A stretch of 64,000 bases of DNA from Lingula anatina. Taxonomy: Eukaryota > Animalia > Brachiopoda. This document shows positions 13,900-26,289 of the stretch, piece after piece; positions within the stretch are counted from its first letter, which is position 1; each line of letters starts with the position of its first letter. A model generated the notes under the pieces. That model saw nothing but the letters and a program-made list of their open reading frames with translations. It ran no database searches and was not told where the DNA came from. Location: the NCBI GenBank assembly GCA_051362555.1, contig CM120640.1:17112001-17176000 (forward strand), given 5' to 3'. The position numbers and the translations under genes were made by a program.

Positions 13900-16863
13900 G
13901 GTATTAAAAACTGCGAGTACATAAGAACATATAAGATTACGGTTGCTCACAGTTTTTGAATTTTCAATCCATCTGACATATTCACTTCAAAGAATGTTTT
14001 TCAAAGCATAGTTTAGCATTCTTGATATGTATCCCTGATATATAACCTTTCAAACCTGAAATACTGTATTCAAGTAATAAACTTTACATGGCTGCCTGCA
14101 ATCTTGATTTATGTCAATTGTGATTTATGCTGGCATTTTAACCTACATTTCTCTCCTTAATGTTTTGTTTGGGTACTTCATTCTCCCTGTCTAGGGGGGG
14201 AACAGGGGGTATGGACTGGATGCCAGACTTGAACTTCAATAGTAAGATAAAACGAAATGCAGCCCTGGAATTGAAACAAAAATATTATGAACACAAGTGT
14301 TTTTTAACATGCATACATATCAGGAAAATTATAATTGCATATCCATAATAATCATAATAAATATACTTCTTAATATATGGGATAAAAATAAGGAAACAAA
14401 ATAAAACACATGCTCTGATTATAAGGACAGGCTTTCCACAGCGTGCACACTAACAAATGTACATCACATACAGCTAAAATTACAAACAAATGCTCACAAG
14501 ACACATGTAATCTAATACTGCTATATAAATATACAACTATAATGCCTTACTTAGTTATTTCAATGCAGGCTACAAGAATCCACTTTCCTGTCTCCCCAAA
14601 CATGCGTGTTGCCAGCATCTCAATGAAGACCTGGACATATTCTAAAACAGTCAGCAAGGTGTGCAGGCGTGCTTGGGACACTGGCTACAATGATACAAAA
14701 ATAAATAAATAATATTTGGCGAAAAAGCAACAACAAAAAATTGTAATATTTGCAAATTTTGTCAAGTTATTGATATTTAGAACAAGGCAGCGCATGCTGT
14801 CAAACGGACAGAATTATATATAATATATATTCTTTTTACAGTAGCAAAACAAAATGACACTTGAGAAAATACCAATTTGCATGATAAAGGACAAAGATGG
14901 GCCTCTCTTCAGAAACAAAGGATCAAAGAAACCCATATTACATTTATTTGGCTAATGATGAAAGCATTCTACTTGTAAAATAAAGCAGACACAGGTGATG
15001 GTTATAATGTCCAGATACTGCCTGTCAGTAAAAACAGTATAATCTTAAAAATTCAAAAAATTAACTACTAGTAATTAAGCATCTCACTCAAATAATGCCT
15101 GATATACAAATTATTAGAGCAATTCAGAGACCGCATAATTGTTTTTCTTACCACATTGATGGATAACATGTTGGCTTTCCGCAGAATTCCATCATTGAGT
15201 AGGACAATAAGATTTGAAGCAGAGTAAACTAGTTCTGACAGCACTGGTGAATCACTGAATCGTCCTGAAATTAGAGTCAATACGTAACTAGAAATACACC
15301 CCTCACTTCACCCTGAATTTTTCCAAATCTGCCAAGGATGTAAAAAATTTGCCTGTACTATTTAGTATATGGGAAATAGAAAGGAAATAGGTGCCTGTGT
15401 TTACAATGCATAAGCCCATACCAAAAATTTGACCAAATTTATGCCCTTTAATGAGCATTTTCTATGTATTGAATGGATTTGACTTATTTGGATTATGATA
15501 AGGTTTATTTGGGTTCAAACCTGAGTGACTGTGGAAGTATTCTATTCACACGTACTTGAATGAAGTCAAAAGTAAAAGATGTGTTGGCATTCATTGTGTG
15601 TGTGAAAGTTATCTTCCAGAGTTTCTCAATGAAAAGTAAAAGAGATAAACATGAAAAAATGTTATTTTGGCTAGTAATTTGTAATAAATATCTGATTGAA
15701 ATTGAATAAAGCAACCTATTTGATTTTGGAACTGAGATGGCAATTCTGTTGTTTCTGACACCAGCACCGCTTGCTGATAGGATGTCATGAAAAAGACTGT
15801 ATCTGCTATCATTATCTGCTTCCACACTAAGGTAGCTAGTAACCCTACTCAGTACTGGCAGACGAAAAGTGCATAGGTGTTGAGAATTAAGATGGAATAC
15901 AATGGAAAATGAATTCTCCCAATATTTTATGGCACAACAGGTGACAAATCCTACAATTACCATATGACAGAAAGAATCCTAACCTCCTAACATGTCTGCA
16001 CAAATTAAATTTTAGTAATATATACTACTAAAATGGTGACATTAGAAGTCTAAAATACTTCATTTTCTCTACTGCTGCCTATCTGGAAAATCTAAGCCAG
16101 TAATGTGCACGACCCTCTTACTTTTGATTACTACAGCATGTCACCTGGCATTTCAATGCAGAAACTTCCTAAGAGCAGATCCAAACAAGGGCACACTGTT
16201 AGAAATGAACAGAGCCAGCTCTAATAGTGAAGGAACATCTGTATCCTCTTTTGTTAAGCTTAAACAAGGTAAGAAATATCTATCACTTAACAATTGTATA
16301 TCTTTCCTACTTCAAAGAGGGTTCCATCTGAAAATGGTTCTGACACTGATAGTTGTCAAAAAACAAAATTTTAGTACCCTAAATAATATAGTAAAATGTT
16401 TGGATCTCTGAGTCTCTTTTTCCAGTTAACGGTAGCATGTAGGCCTAAGGTCGCAAACTGAGGCAAAGTCCGATGTGGTCCAAAAACAAAAAGAAGAGGG
16501 AGGGTCCACATGTTAATGATCACATGTTAACTGATATACATGTATATACATAGGCGGTCTATATGTAACAACCTTTACCTGACAGAGTAGTCCAAAAAAT
16601 GATTTTGAAAATAATACCGCGGTACTACCTCCCTTTAATTTCAAAGTTTTACATGTACATTTGTCAGTAGCTGAAGCAGGAAGTTGGTTAAAACACTTCA
16701 AAATATCCGATGAAAACGATTAATCAGAGATAAAGAAAGTTAGCCTACCTGCAGTTGCGTAAGACCCTAGTCTAAATATTGTTTCTACTTGGGTCGTAGA
16801 GTCCGGATTATTTGCTATGAATTTTTTGTATTTTTGTATGAGTTTGTTTATGTCGTCCGCCAT
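10492..16863 (-). CDS. PEX16: Peroxisomal membrane biogenesis protein PEX16, 10 coding exons, ~351 aa
   Basis: GT-AG exons with matching phases: 16863-16749, 15264-15152, 14684-14551, 14264-14147 (alternative donor at 14177), 13769-13661, 13487-13341, 12234-12162, 11558-11439, 11152-11088, 10553-10492. Peptides match PEX16 hallmarks: [95 protein letters not shown]. Confidence 0.95.
10755..11014. mobile_element. Palindromic MITE-like element in the last PEX16 intron
   Basis: ~125-bp imperfect inverted arms centred on TAATTA at ~10883 (AAATTGCATTCAGCTTAAG vs CTTAAGCTGAATGCAATTT; GATGTCTGGCA vs TGCCAGACATC). Confidence 0.8.
12235..13340 (-). other. U12-type (minor spliceosome) GT-AG intron in PEX16
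   Basis: Donor reads GTATCCTTG (U12 consensus RTATCCTT). A partial branch-like TTCCTCAT lies just before CTCTACCTCAG at the acceptor. Confidence 0.75.
13856..13895. repeat. (CA)n microsatellite
   Basis: Read directly; lies in a PEX16 intron. Confidence 0.95.
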
Positions 16864-17040
16864 TTTTGCAGGTGCCCATGTGAATAAATAAAGTACGGGA
16901 TTGGACAGTACGTAAATTAGGTCAACCAATGAAGCTTTGCGACACATTGCCATTAAATCCGAGGAAAGGGGAGATAGTGTACAATGACCTCGGTCGATTC
17001 TACGGCACGAGTTACTGGCAAGATGAAATGTCGATGTTAG
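16864..17040. promoter_or_regulatory. Compact bidirectional promoter for PEX16 and LARGE
   Basis: CpG-retaining patch; oppositely oriented CCAAT boxes (ATTGG ~16900, CCAAT ~16926); YY1-like CGCCATTTT over the PEX16 ATG; perfect + strand donor AG|GTAAGT at 17041, the likely end of a non-coding LARGE exon 1. Confidence 0.65.
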
Positions 17041-20000
17041 GTAAGTGCAGTATAGTCTGCTCGTTAAAAGAGACACCGTGAGCATCATGTCGTTTCAAAG
17101 TAAGATGCCTTACGCGTGCATACCATGCGCATCTCTTCATCCATAAATCTGTGGCCGTGATTGTGTTTTCTGAATCAGTGTATGTTTATTTTATTTATCT
17201 GTTTCGACTTGGGTTTGCTACCTTCGTTCTACTTTTCTTCCTCTAGCTCTCCTTTTCAAGTTTTCTTGAATGTACTTTAGCACTTAAGCACTACAATTAT
17301 TATGAAAAGCGCAACCTAATGTGCCAGAGTAATCAGTATGCAAAGGGTAGCACTAGCAGTGTTGGAAATGATTTTAAAGATTGCCTTACCATATACCATA
17401 GTACTTCTATGCATATACTTAATAGCTAAAATGAGTCTTTTTTTCTTACTGTTAACGTTATGAAAAAGTAACATTTAAATGTAACATCAGCAACCGTTTT
17501 TTTATAATTATTTTTCCAACGTGTAAGATGCTACGCTTTCTTTAGCAACAAGCCACAAACACTGCTTTAACACTTGTGCCATATTTTTGAAGACCTCAGC
17601 TACAGGACATTTCATAGTATTTTGGACAGTAAGATAAGTGAAGAAAATGTTTTGATGAAATTTAAGACAAATTCCATGTAAGCTTGGTAGTTCTATTCAT
17701 GTTTTATTTTATTTTATTTTTATTTTTTTTCATTTCTAGTGTACTCCATTAAGTATACTCCCCTCCCCAATAAACAATAATGATAAATATTTTAATAATT
17801 ATAATAAAACTGCCTTCTGTGGTTTTAATTAGGATTTTTTTAAATTAAAAGCCTTACAGTTTGAATGTTCTTAATCCAGAGTCCATTTATTGAATGGAAA
17901 ACTAATGAGTCCAATTTTATCCCTAACAGAGGAATGTTTTATGTCACAGAACCCAGGATGCTTGGGTTTTTATTAGCCTTGTCAGAGGTATTATACATAC
18001 CAGTAGTAAAATTGACTGTATTAGTTTAAATATAGATGCAATTTTGAATAGTTTCCACTTCTCTGCACTTCCCTGCTATAACTGTCAAGTGCTTTTCTGT
18101 CCATTAGAACAAGCTGATTAATCCGACTGTGCCATTTTTATTTCATGTTTTTCAAACTGTTCTGCTAAAACATTCAACAAGTTTGTTTCCTAAAAAAGAA
18201 TTAGCTTACATCAGAATTAGCATGCAACAAGGATTTTTAAACCCCAAAAGATATTACTCATCTTGAATCATATACATTGAGTAACGTGTAACATTATCCA
18301 GATCAATCAATGAAAAATAGACTAGACTTTTTAGTGAAAGATTTATGAAAGCTCTTTGTAATATTGAGTGACTTAATGTAAATTTGGAGATAAAAGGTTA
18401 CAGATATTCCCCCCATGTGGCCCAGTGTGTACATCTTTAGGTAGAAGAATGCAATCTTTGTGTACAAATAAAATTCATTTGTTAGATTCTCAGCATACCC
18501 ATGTATTAGCGTTTGCCTTTGATGTTAACGAAAGTTCAATTGAAAATATATTAACCTAGAGGTTAATTAAACTGTTAAACAGTTGACACCAAAAAAACAC
18601 AGTAGAACAACACGCCCTTTTAGGCTTTAGGTCTCCTTAAATTTCACTGAATAGCAACATTGATGCATGGCATATAAGTGCATGGCATTAGCACTGATAA
18701 CATTAGCATTTTAGATAGGATGTTAATGTTGACCATTCTATATGCTACCTATTTACATAAACACACTCTTATGATGAGAACCAGACTAAATATATCAATT
18801 TTACCCTTGAAGTGTCAGGTTGTTTTTCAGTCATTCTTTTTTACCTGATTAGTGATATATTTTGTGAGATCTTGTTTTTGATGATATGATAAAGATCTTG
18901 GACAAGAATTTACACGAGAGAAATGAATCGGTTACTGGTATATAAAATCATCTTTTATTCTTTTAAACTGAGATGCTTCCACTCCAGTGACCCAGGAAAA
19001 CTGTCTGGCTTGTTTCCCAAATTCAGTACAGGGATTGAATGAAAAAAAAGTTAAATGTACAGTTTCAAATAGCATAACATTAACAAGTGCTTGTCTTTGC
19101 ATTGAAATATTTAAAAGACAACTGCAGTGCTAATTTATCTTTGTTCAAGTTTATTAGGGACTCAAATTACGTACTGTACTTCAGTGATGACACATCAAAC
19201 AGGTTCTTGATTGAGATACCATTTTTTAAAAAAAGGGTCTGATTAATGTTAATGGCTTTCACCTGTGGTCACTCATTCTCTGACCAGCCACATTTCTTGA
19301 TATGGTATTTGGCAAAGGTTATCAGTGAACTGTTTTTCAGCTGACTGTATAGATAGTTTGGATCACCCTGAGTTCTGATGTTTCTTTTTCTGAAAGTTCT
19401 GAGTTAAAATTACTAAGAAAGTTAAGATCACTTTACTTAACTCTCTCCAGCACAAGATAGTTCTGCCATAAGTTAAGATCACCCCGATAATAACACCCAG
19501 AAAAATCACTGATCTGGGATATTTAGATAAGCAGCAGTCTTGAAATGCCACTGCTCACATTTTGTTGCCCATGACATTCTTTATGAAATTTTTAATATAC
19601 TACACTGTATATGAAAACCTAAGTGATAAATAACTATGAATGAATATTCAGTGAGTCTGAATTTTGGCTATCCCTGCTTAAAGGTAGATCAACTAGTTAA
19701 GTTGTCAAAGGTGTAAAACGTGTGTTGGAAGAGGGGCACAGGTTTATCCATAATATGAGCATTTTTTCTTGGCAAACCATCCATTGCCTTTTCTGTCATG
19801 ACAATATACACAGGGTATCTAGGATGGGCTCCAGTGCAAAGGTATGGATACTTGATTAGGGAGGGCAGAGCAGAGGTAGTGAATACCAGACCACACAACC
19901 ACATAGCTGAGGCCAGTTAGTCGGGCTTCTGTTTCCTCAAACAGTAATATGTGGCTGCTGATTGAAGTTTAATGGGGTGATACCTCATAAGAAAGAGGAA

Positions 20001-21343
20001 GGCCAACCAAGTTTATGCACTGGATACATCCTGTGATCAGGTTAAAATCTAAACTGGTACTGTTATACAGCTGACCCTTTGTACTGTAAAGAGGGAGATT
20101 GTTCCTACTAGTATTTTAAAACTAGCAAAGCTCTCAGAAGATTTTACACCTTCGTGTGTGTTAATTACTGTTCTGGCATCCAAGGTTTATACCAGGTAGG
20201 TCGCCATGTGGGGTACTGCAGTTTGGTAGAAAGCTTGTATGTTGTGTAGCTGAATTGGACTTCCCTAGTTTTGTTTACTGCTGAATTGAATATATATCTT
20301 ATTGGTATTTGCATTTTGGTAAGTTGGATTGGTTCTTGAAAGTTATTTTACACCAGTGATGTACAGAAAAAGTGCTCATATAAATATTAGTTGATGTTGT
20401 GGTGAAATATTTGTATCTCACAGTTTTGTAAGCTTTGGAAAATGATAATTTTCATCTTAAAATGTGCTTGTGTACATGCTCATTCCAAGAAGTTTAGGAA
20501 GTTATTGCATTATTATGGTTTGTTTTTGTTAAAGCCAGTTGCCTACATTGGATCCAGAAGGCAAATTAACATGGTTCTTAGGGTTTTTTTAGCCACTTAT
20601 CCTACTATTTTTGAACAGCTAGAGTAAATATTGAGCTGTTGGCTCATTATGTGCTTCCTTTGGCAATGCAGAACTTAAATAACATCCCTGTTGCTGTGTT
20701 GGTAGCACTTCATCAGACACCGAAGTAGCACTACTTATTCCCGGCTTATTCCCAACACTCATTAATTCATGAATGAAGGACTGATTGCAGCTGGGGGGAG
20801 GTTGTCAAACTACTGTACTACATGCCATACTCATCATTGTCATCATCCTATTAGCACTTAGCTCTCTGAACTGGAACATTTTCCACAAGATCAAGCTTCT
20901 TGAATTTGGAAGTTTTGTTGGATTATTTGTAATTTGGTTGTCAGTTTTGCTGTGGTAATAAGAGGAAATTATGGCCATAGATTTTTGTTAATGATATTTG
21001 ATGGTCTCCCTGGTGGTTTGCTACAGTGTGTTGAAGTGGTTGGTTTGTTAGTGTTAGTTGCAGCATGTGGAAGGGAAATTAATTTTCATTGATCTGCACT
21101 TTTTCATTAGACTTGTTAATGTATTTAACCTAACATACACACATACTGTAGACAGAAAAAGAAATTCATTGTGACTTGCCAGAAGACAGGAATTCACAAG
21201 TACTTTTGGTAGTCACATGGCAGTTTTTAAGTTTTTCTTGGACTTTATTTGGTGATCTTGTGGGGAAGATAATGAACTCATTGTAAGTGTAGCCAAGTTC
21301 CTCAGAAGCCTTGTTTGAGTAAAATATTTTTATTAATTTCTAG

Positions 21344-21447
21344 ATGTCGTAGGAATGCCAAGAAGAATCTGTGGATTCATTGTCATTGACTGGCAGGATG
21401 ATCCATGAAATAAACTTTGGAATGATGTTTACAAACATAAGTTCATG
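21344..21447 (+). other. Candidate 5' UTR exon of LARGE carrying uORFs
   Basis: Pyrimidine-rich acceptor (ttattaatttctag) and perfect donor ATG|GTAAGT. The terminal ATG is in frame with AGC-ATG of the exon starting at 26287. Confidence 0.5.
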
Positions 21448-22953
21448 GTAAGTTTTGCTTTGGTTTTCTCTTGTTCATTTGAATTAGAATAGAAGTCATT
21501 GATGGTCTTCAATGGATGATCTTTAATAGAATCACACTTGAATGAGATATTGGTATGTGAGTGAAAGTAGCTCCCATAAACTAAATTCACCGAGACCGCA
21601 GGACACTCTGGGCTGGGTGGGCACGTGGGTTTGGTTTGCGTGATAGGAAAAGGAGGTCTCTTTCCTCAGAACTATGTTTTTTTTTTTTTTTTTTGCCAGT
21701 TTCCACACCTAGTGAACAGTATCATGTCCAAGGTCTGATCTCAGAATTGTTAAATATAACAAATACAATATGAATAAGTTTAAACTGTCATGAATAAAAC
21801 ATATTTTGGCTATTTTTTTACTTGTTGCCTTTTAAATGTGTCCTTAAGTTTGTTAATTTTGTCACCTCCATTCTGGTGGTTTTTATGCAACCAGACCAAC
21901 TAAAATGTTTTATATTTCATAACATTGACCTGCAGTATTCAAGCCATTCATCAGTTACCAATAGGAAAAATCTGTTTAATGCAGTTCAGGAAAATCTGTT
22001 TTCCTATGCCTTTAAGCAGTGTATTTAAAAGGCTTTGAAAAACCAGCTGATTACTCACATAATGCATTAATTGTGTACCCATTTATCTTGCGTTTCAAGG
22101 GAGGTTGCATTCTCCTAGTTCATAGCTTAATGGGACTTCATGTGGTTTTTGCACAAAATTATCGATTAAAATTTTTACTGTTCTTCAGTACTTTTTCAAG
22201 TATTTACCTATGACAAATTCAACAATATATGAAAGTATACCTGTTGATGATCATTTTCTTCTTCACAGGGCATTAGGTAAGGTAAGTGGTGAAAAGTATT
22301 CCTTGGATTTTTATTTTTCATAAAAATTTGACAACGTGGGCAGGGAAGCAATATGCTTTCGTTAGTACAGGCTACCTGAAAAGACTGCCAATCCAGTATA
22401 TGTACTGTCTCTAAGTATTTTCTACAGATTTCATAATTTTATTGTCTGGCCCTCCACCCTCCCCTCTCCCATAGTACCTTATTATACCTGTGGGACATTA
22501 GAAGCTTTTCTGTTTGGCACATACACAAAATCCCACAGACAGCTTACAATGGTGCACTTTCTACACACACATTGATTTGCACTTGGCATTTCCAAGGCAG
22601 AGATATGGCTTTGAGTTGAAGATAACCAGACTTGTGAGCAATATATAGATTGTCAACAAATGAAATCTTATATATGGAGAGCAGTTTTTATAAATGTAGG
22701 GGTCAGAAATATAAAGAAAAACTTTTTGGTGGTGGGGTGCGTGTTTCATTGAAATGTGGAATTTGTTGTAGTCAAGAAAGTATATGCTGTTACCTGCTGG
22801 GTAATTGATATGGGCTAAAAGGGTTTAAAATAGATTAAAATAAGGATAAAGAAGGATAAAAATGAGTCAAAAATAGATCATGCTTGAATCTCTCAGGTTT
22901 GCTATATTTGCTTTGAATAAATGCTGTAAAATATTCCAGTTGTAGTACACTAT

Positions 22954-23153
22954 GGCCGCATTCAAAATCAAAGTTGATCCGAGGTCTAACAGATCTGCGG
23001 ATCATTGCTGACCCACTTTGAAGCTTGCCGCGTAATCCCTGCAGGAATCTCTTCAGTATCTATTGGGGGATTGTATTTCATGCTTTCAAGGGGTCGGCCA
23101 TGCTTGATCCCTGGATCTATTAGTCTGTGGATCAACTGGATATGAATGCAGCC
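22954..23153. mobile_element. Degenerate hairpin MITE (GGCYGCATTCA termini, possibly PIF/Harbinger-type)
   Basis: Left GGCCGCATTCAAAATCAAAGTTGATCC...AGATC..GGATCA pairs with right ...GGATCAACTGGATATGAATGCAGCC. The TSD is not clean. Confidence 0.6.
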
Positions 23154-23572
23154 TGAGTCTGTTATGGCAGTCTCCAGCAGAGATTAAGTTTCCATTAAGA
23201 GCAATGAGAATTCAGAAGTGCTTGGATTGATATAGCATTCCAGTGTGTTAAACCAGTGGCTGTAAAGGAGACAGTTGGAAATATTTATTTTTTCAAACCC
23301 AGACCTCATTGATGGATTCATTGGAATAGAATGAAGATATAATCCTCCATGTCTATGGGTTTTTATTGTAAGTACCTGCTGGTTTTCTCCTAATCCCTGT
23401 TTTCTCATGCTAGCTAAAATAAAATCAAATCATTGGTGGCATATGTATAAATAGTTTCCTTTTACAGTTTGCTATATTTGGCATTCATTCACTGACTAAA
23501 ATATCAAGTGATACAATACACCTTTCATGGACAGTAGTTAGTATTGAGAAATCTCTGGTTACTTACAGTTAA

Positions 23573-25167
23573 GGGGTCTAGGATATTAAAAATACGTCTA
23601 AAACTCGATTTTTAGTTTTTTATACGTTAGAAATAATCAATTTTGTATCTAATACTCAATTAAGTTATATTTGTGAAACACGGACTAAAAATATACATTT
23701 GGACGAGTTTTTCTACCTGTCCTGACTGGTACGGGTGGCAGGCTTTAGGCTCCGCCTCCGTTGTCAAGCACCGTTACTATGGGGGGCGGGGCAAGAATGG
23801 TTGTCTAACTTCTTAAGCTGTTACGCGTGCCCTGGCAGCTCATAAGTCTTACGTCAGCTAAGCAGAACACAGTTATATAAACAGTCATGGGAAGAAAGAA
23901 AGTTGTGAGAAAACGGATGAGCGAGGAAAACAAGAGAATTTTGAAAGAGAGTGTACGATATATTAAATTTTCTACTATAGAGTCTAAATCACGTCTAGGT
24001 AAAGACTCGAGATCACACTTGAACTGCTGAGTATTCGTACAACGTCTGGGGTTGTCAGAAAAAAATCGTTAGGCAATCATTTTATGCACAATAAAGATTG
24101 TAATAGCAAGCAAGTTTTTAAGTAATATTGCCACCCAAAACATTTTCAAATTCGCATATTACGGTCTTGGCACTCTGTGGCATCATGGCATATGCGTACC
24201 CACATTCGGCCATTTCTCGGAGTAAATCTTGCTTTGCTTTCTCAATTTTCGTGTCTTGGTGTGTAGAGCGGCGTCCACGCACGACGGGTGGCAAATTTCC
24301 TCTGCTGGCACACCAAGTAATCCTCTTTTTGTTTGTAAGCGCTTCCTTAGACACTTCCTAGACAGTGCACAGACTCCTACTGCGTCAGGCACAATTATGA
24401 TTAATTACGTCAGTGAAACGAGAGAAGGTAGACCTACTCAGCTGTCAATCATTTCTCAGGGAAGAGCGGCTTTCGTGGTACGAATAAGTTTGCGTACAAA
24501 AGTAAGATTTTCTGGCATCTAGATAGAAACAAACAACCCAATTTTAACACGTAATGGTGTATAGACCTTCCCGATCAACAAGATGATAACAGGTAAGGTG
24601 GAGGTGCAATTATTTTGCTTAAATAGCCCAATTACCTGAGCAAAATGGTTTAGGAGCGATTTCTCAGCTTTGAAGATTGATAACATAGTCTAAACTTCAA
24701 TACCCATATCTCATTCTGTAACTGTCAGATTGACATGAAATTTGATGTGTCTCTGTTTCAGTATAATATCTAGTCGACTGAGTCTTGGTTTTTGGATTGA
24801 CCTTTTATTTTTGAAGTTATTAATACTGAAATTGGAAGGTCCATATATATTTCGTAAAATTCACGTTTTATCAAAATAAAATCAAAAGCAAAAATAAAAA
24901 GAGAAAATCCTGACAGAGATCACTGGAGTTTGTGCTAACTTTTAGATAGCTATTTCAATCGTATTAATAGGGCTTTTTGTTTAAGAGAAATTCTTGATTA
25001 AAAAAAAGACAATTTTAGCCTCAAAACGCTGATATTACGTCACTCGTGTTACACTGTGACTACAAACTTCGAAAAATTGTTTGGCTTGCTAGACCTTATC
25101 TTTAAGTTAATAGGAAATTTCATTAGCTGCATTAGTTTTGGAGTTTTTCGTTAATATCCAAGATCCC
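23573..25167. mobile_element. Non-autonomous Kolobok-like DNA transposon in a LARGE 5' intron
   Basis: TTAA at 23569-72 and 25168-71; imperfect TIR GGGGTCTAGGATATTAA / GGGATCTTGGATATTAA (purine termini plus TTAA TSD fit Kolobok); CpG-rich compared with the host intron; short ORF remnants on both strands. Confidence 0.75.
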
Positions 25168-26289
25168 TTAATAGCAGACCCAGTAGCAACAATGTGTATA
25201 TTTGGAGCCCCTGGTTGTATTGATGCATGTACAGTGAGCATGAATGATGAGTGCTGAGTGAGCATGAATGATACTTGTTCAGTAGTGGATTCAAGTAATA
25301 AATCCCTTGATAACTCCCTGTTACATTTAACTCATGGGGTTAAAAACCACAAGCATTCCTGTTTTCACTGATTATTATAATTGGTGTATGCTATCGTTTG
25401 TAGGCCTAGACCTGGGTTGATATTACATGTGGAGGTAATTTGTCTGGACAGGGCATATACTAGTTTTTATGTGTTGAAAAAAATGCTGGAGCTATCTTGA
25501 TTACCAACACAGATGTTCTACCTCTGATGATCCCCCTGAGATCCCAATAAAAAGATGTAATGAATGCCCAGTTTTTGTCATTTGATCTATCTAGGGGAAG
25601 AACTAGAGGTACAAATAATTCAAGAGAAAATACATTTCATTTGTAAAAATTTATAGTCATTTAAAAAAAACATGTAAATTTTTTCATGTGTACAGCAAGT
25701 AGTTTCAGGGTGTTCTATTTGATATTTTTCAGTCAAATGGATTTTACTTCAAGAAAAAAAAACAAACAATCAGTTGAGAAAAGAAATACCAAATGATGGA
25801 TATTGAGATCAACTTGCATGTTGAACAAACCTGAACATAGCACCTATTTTTGGTGCCCATACTGATGGTCTGCTCTGTGTTACAAAATGGATCTCAATTT
25901 ACTCAAGAGTTGCAAGACTTGGCCAAAACGAAGAATCACCCAGCACTGTTAGAAAATTTGGTTGCACCAGTCTATGCATGCTTAGATTTCTATTATGTCT
26001 TGTTCTGGTGTTTGACATTTATCAGAATAACTTACCTAGTTAACTGAAGGGCTGGCTGTGTATCACATCTTTTGTATCCTACAGTTCTGCCAAGGTTCAA
26101 TTTTGAGCTTTGTGTTGCTGAGATGTGGTCAACGTGCTTTTGAAAAATTCAATCCAAACTGACCGACCAAATTTAAAACTGAATCTTTAAGAAAAAATTC
26201 ATTTAGTAGAAATGATGTACTAGTTGGAATAATTCAAGTGGTTACCATATATATCTTATATATACATTCTTTTATTTGTGTTCCAGAGC

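Noticed and set aside
16864-17088. N-terminal extension of the PEX16 ORF from ATG 17088
   Set aside because: PEX16 homology starts at MADD (16863, strong Kozak context); the extension crosses the promoter.
21588-21694. GC-rich stretch followed by poly-T (SINE or snoRNA?)
   Set aside because: No A/B boxes, C/D or H/ACA boxes, or TSD could be identified.
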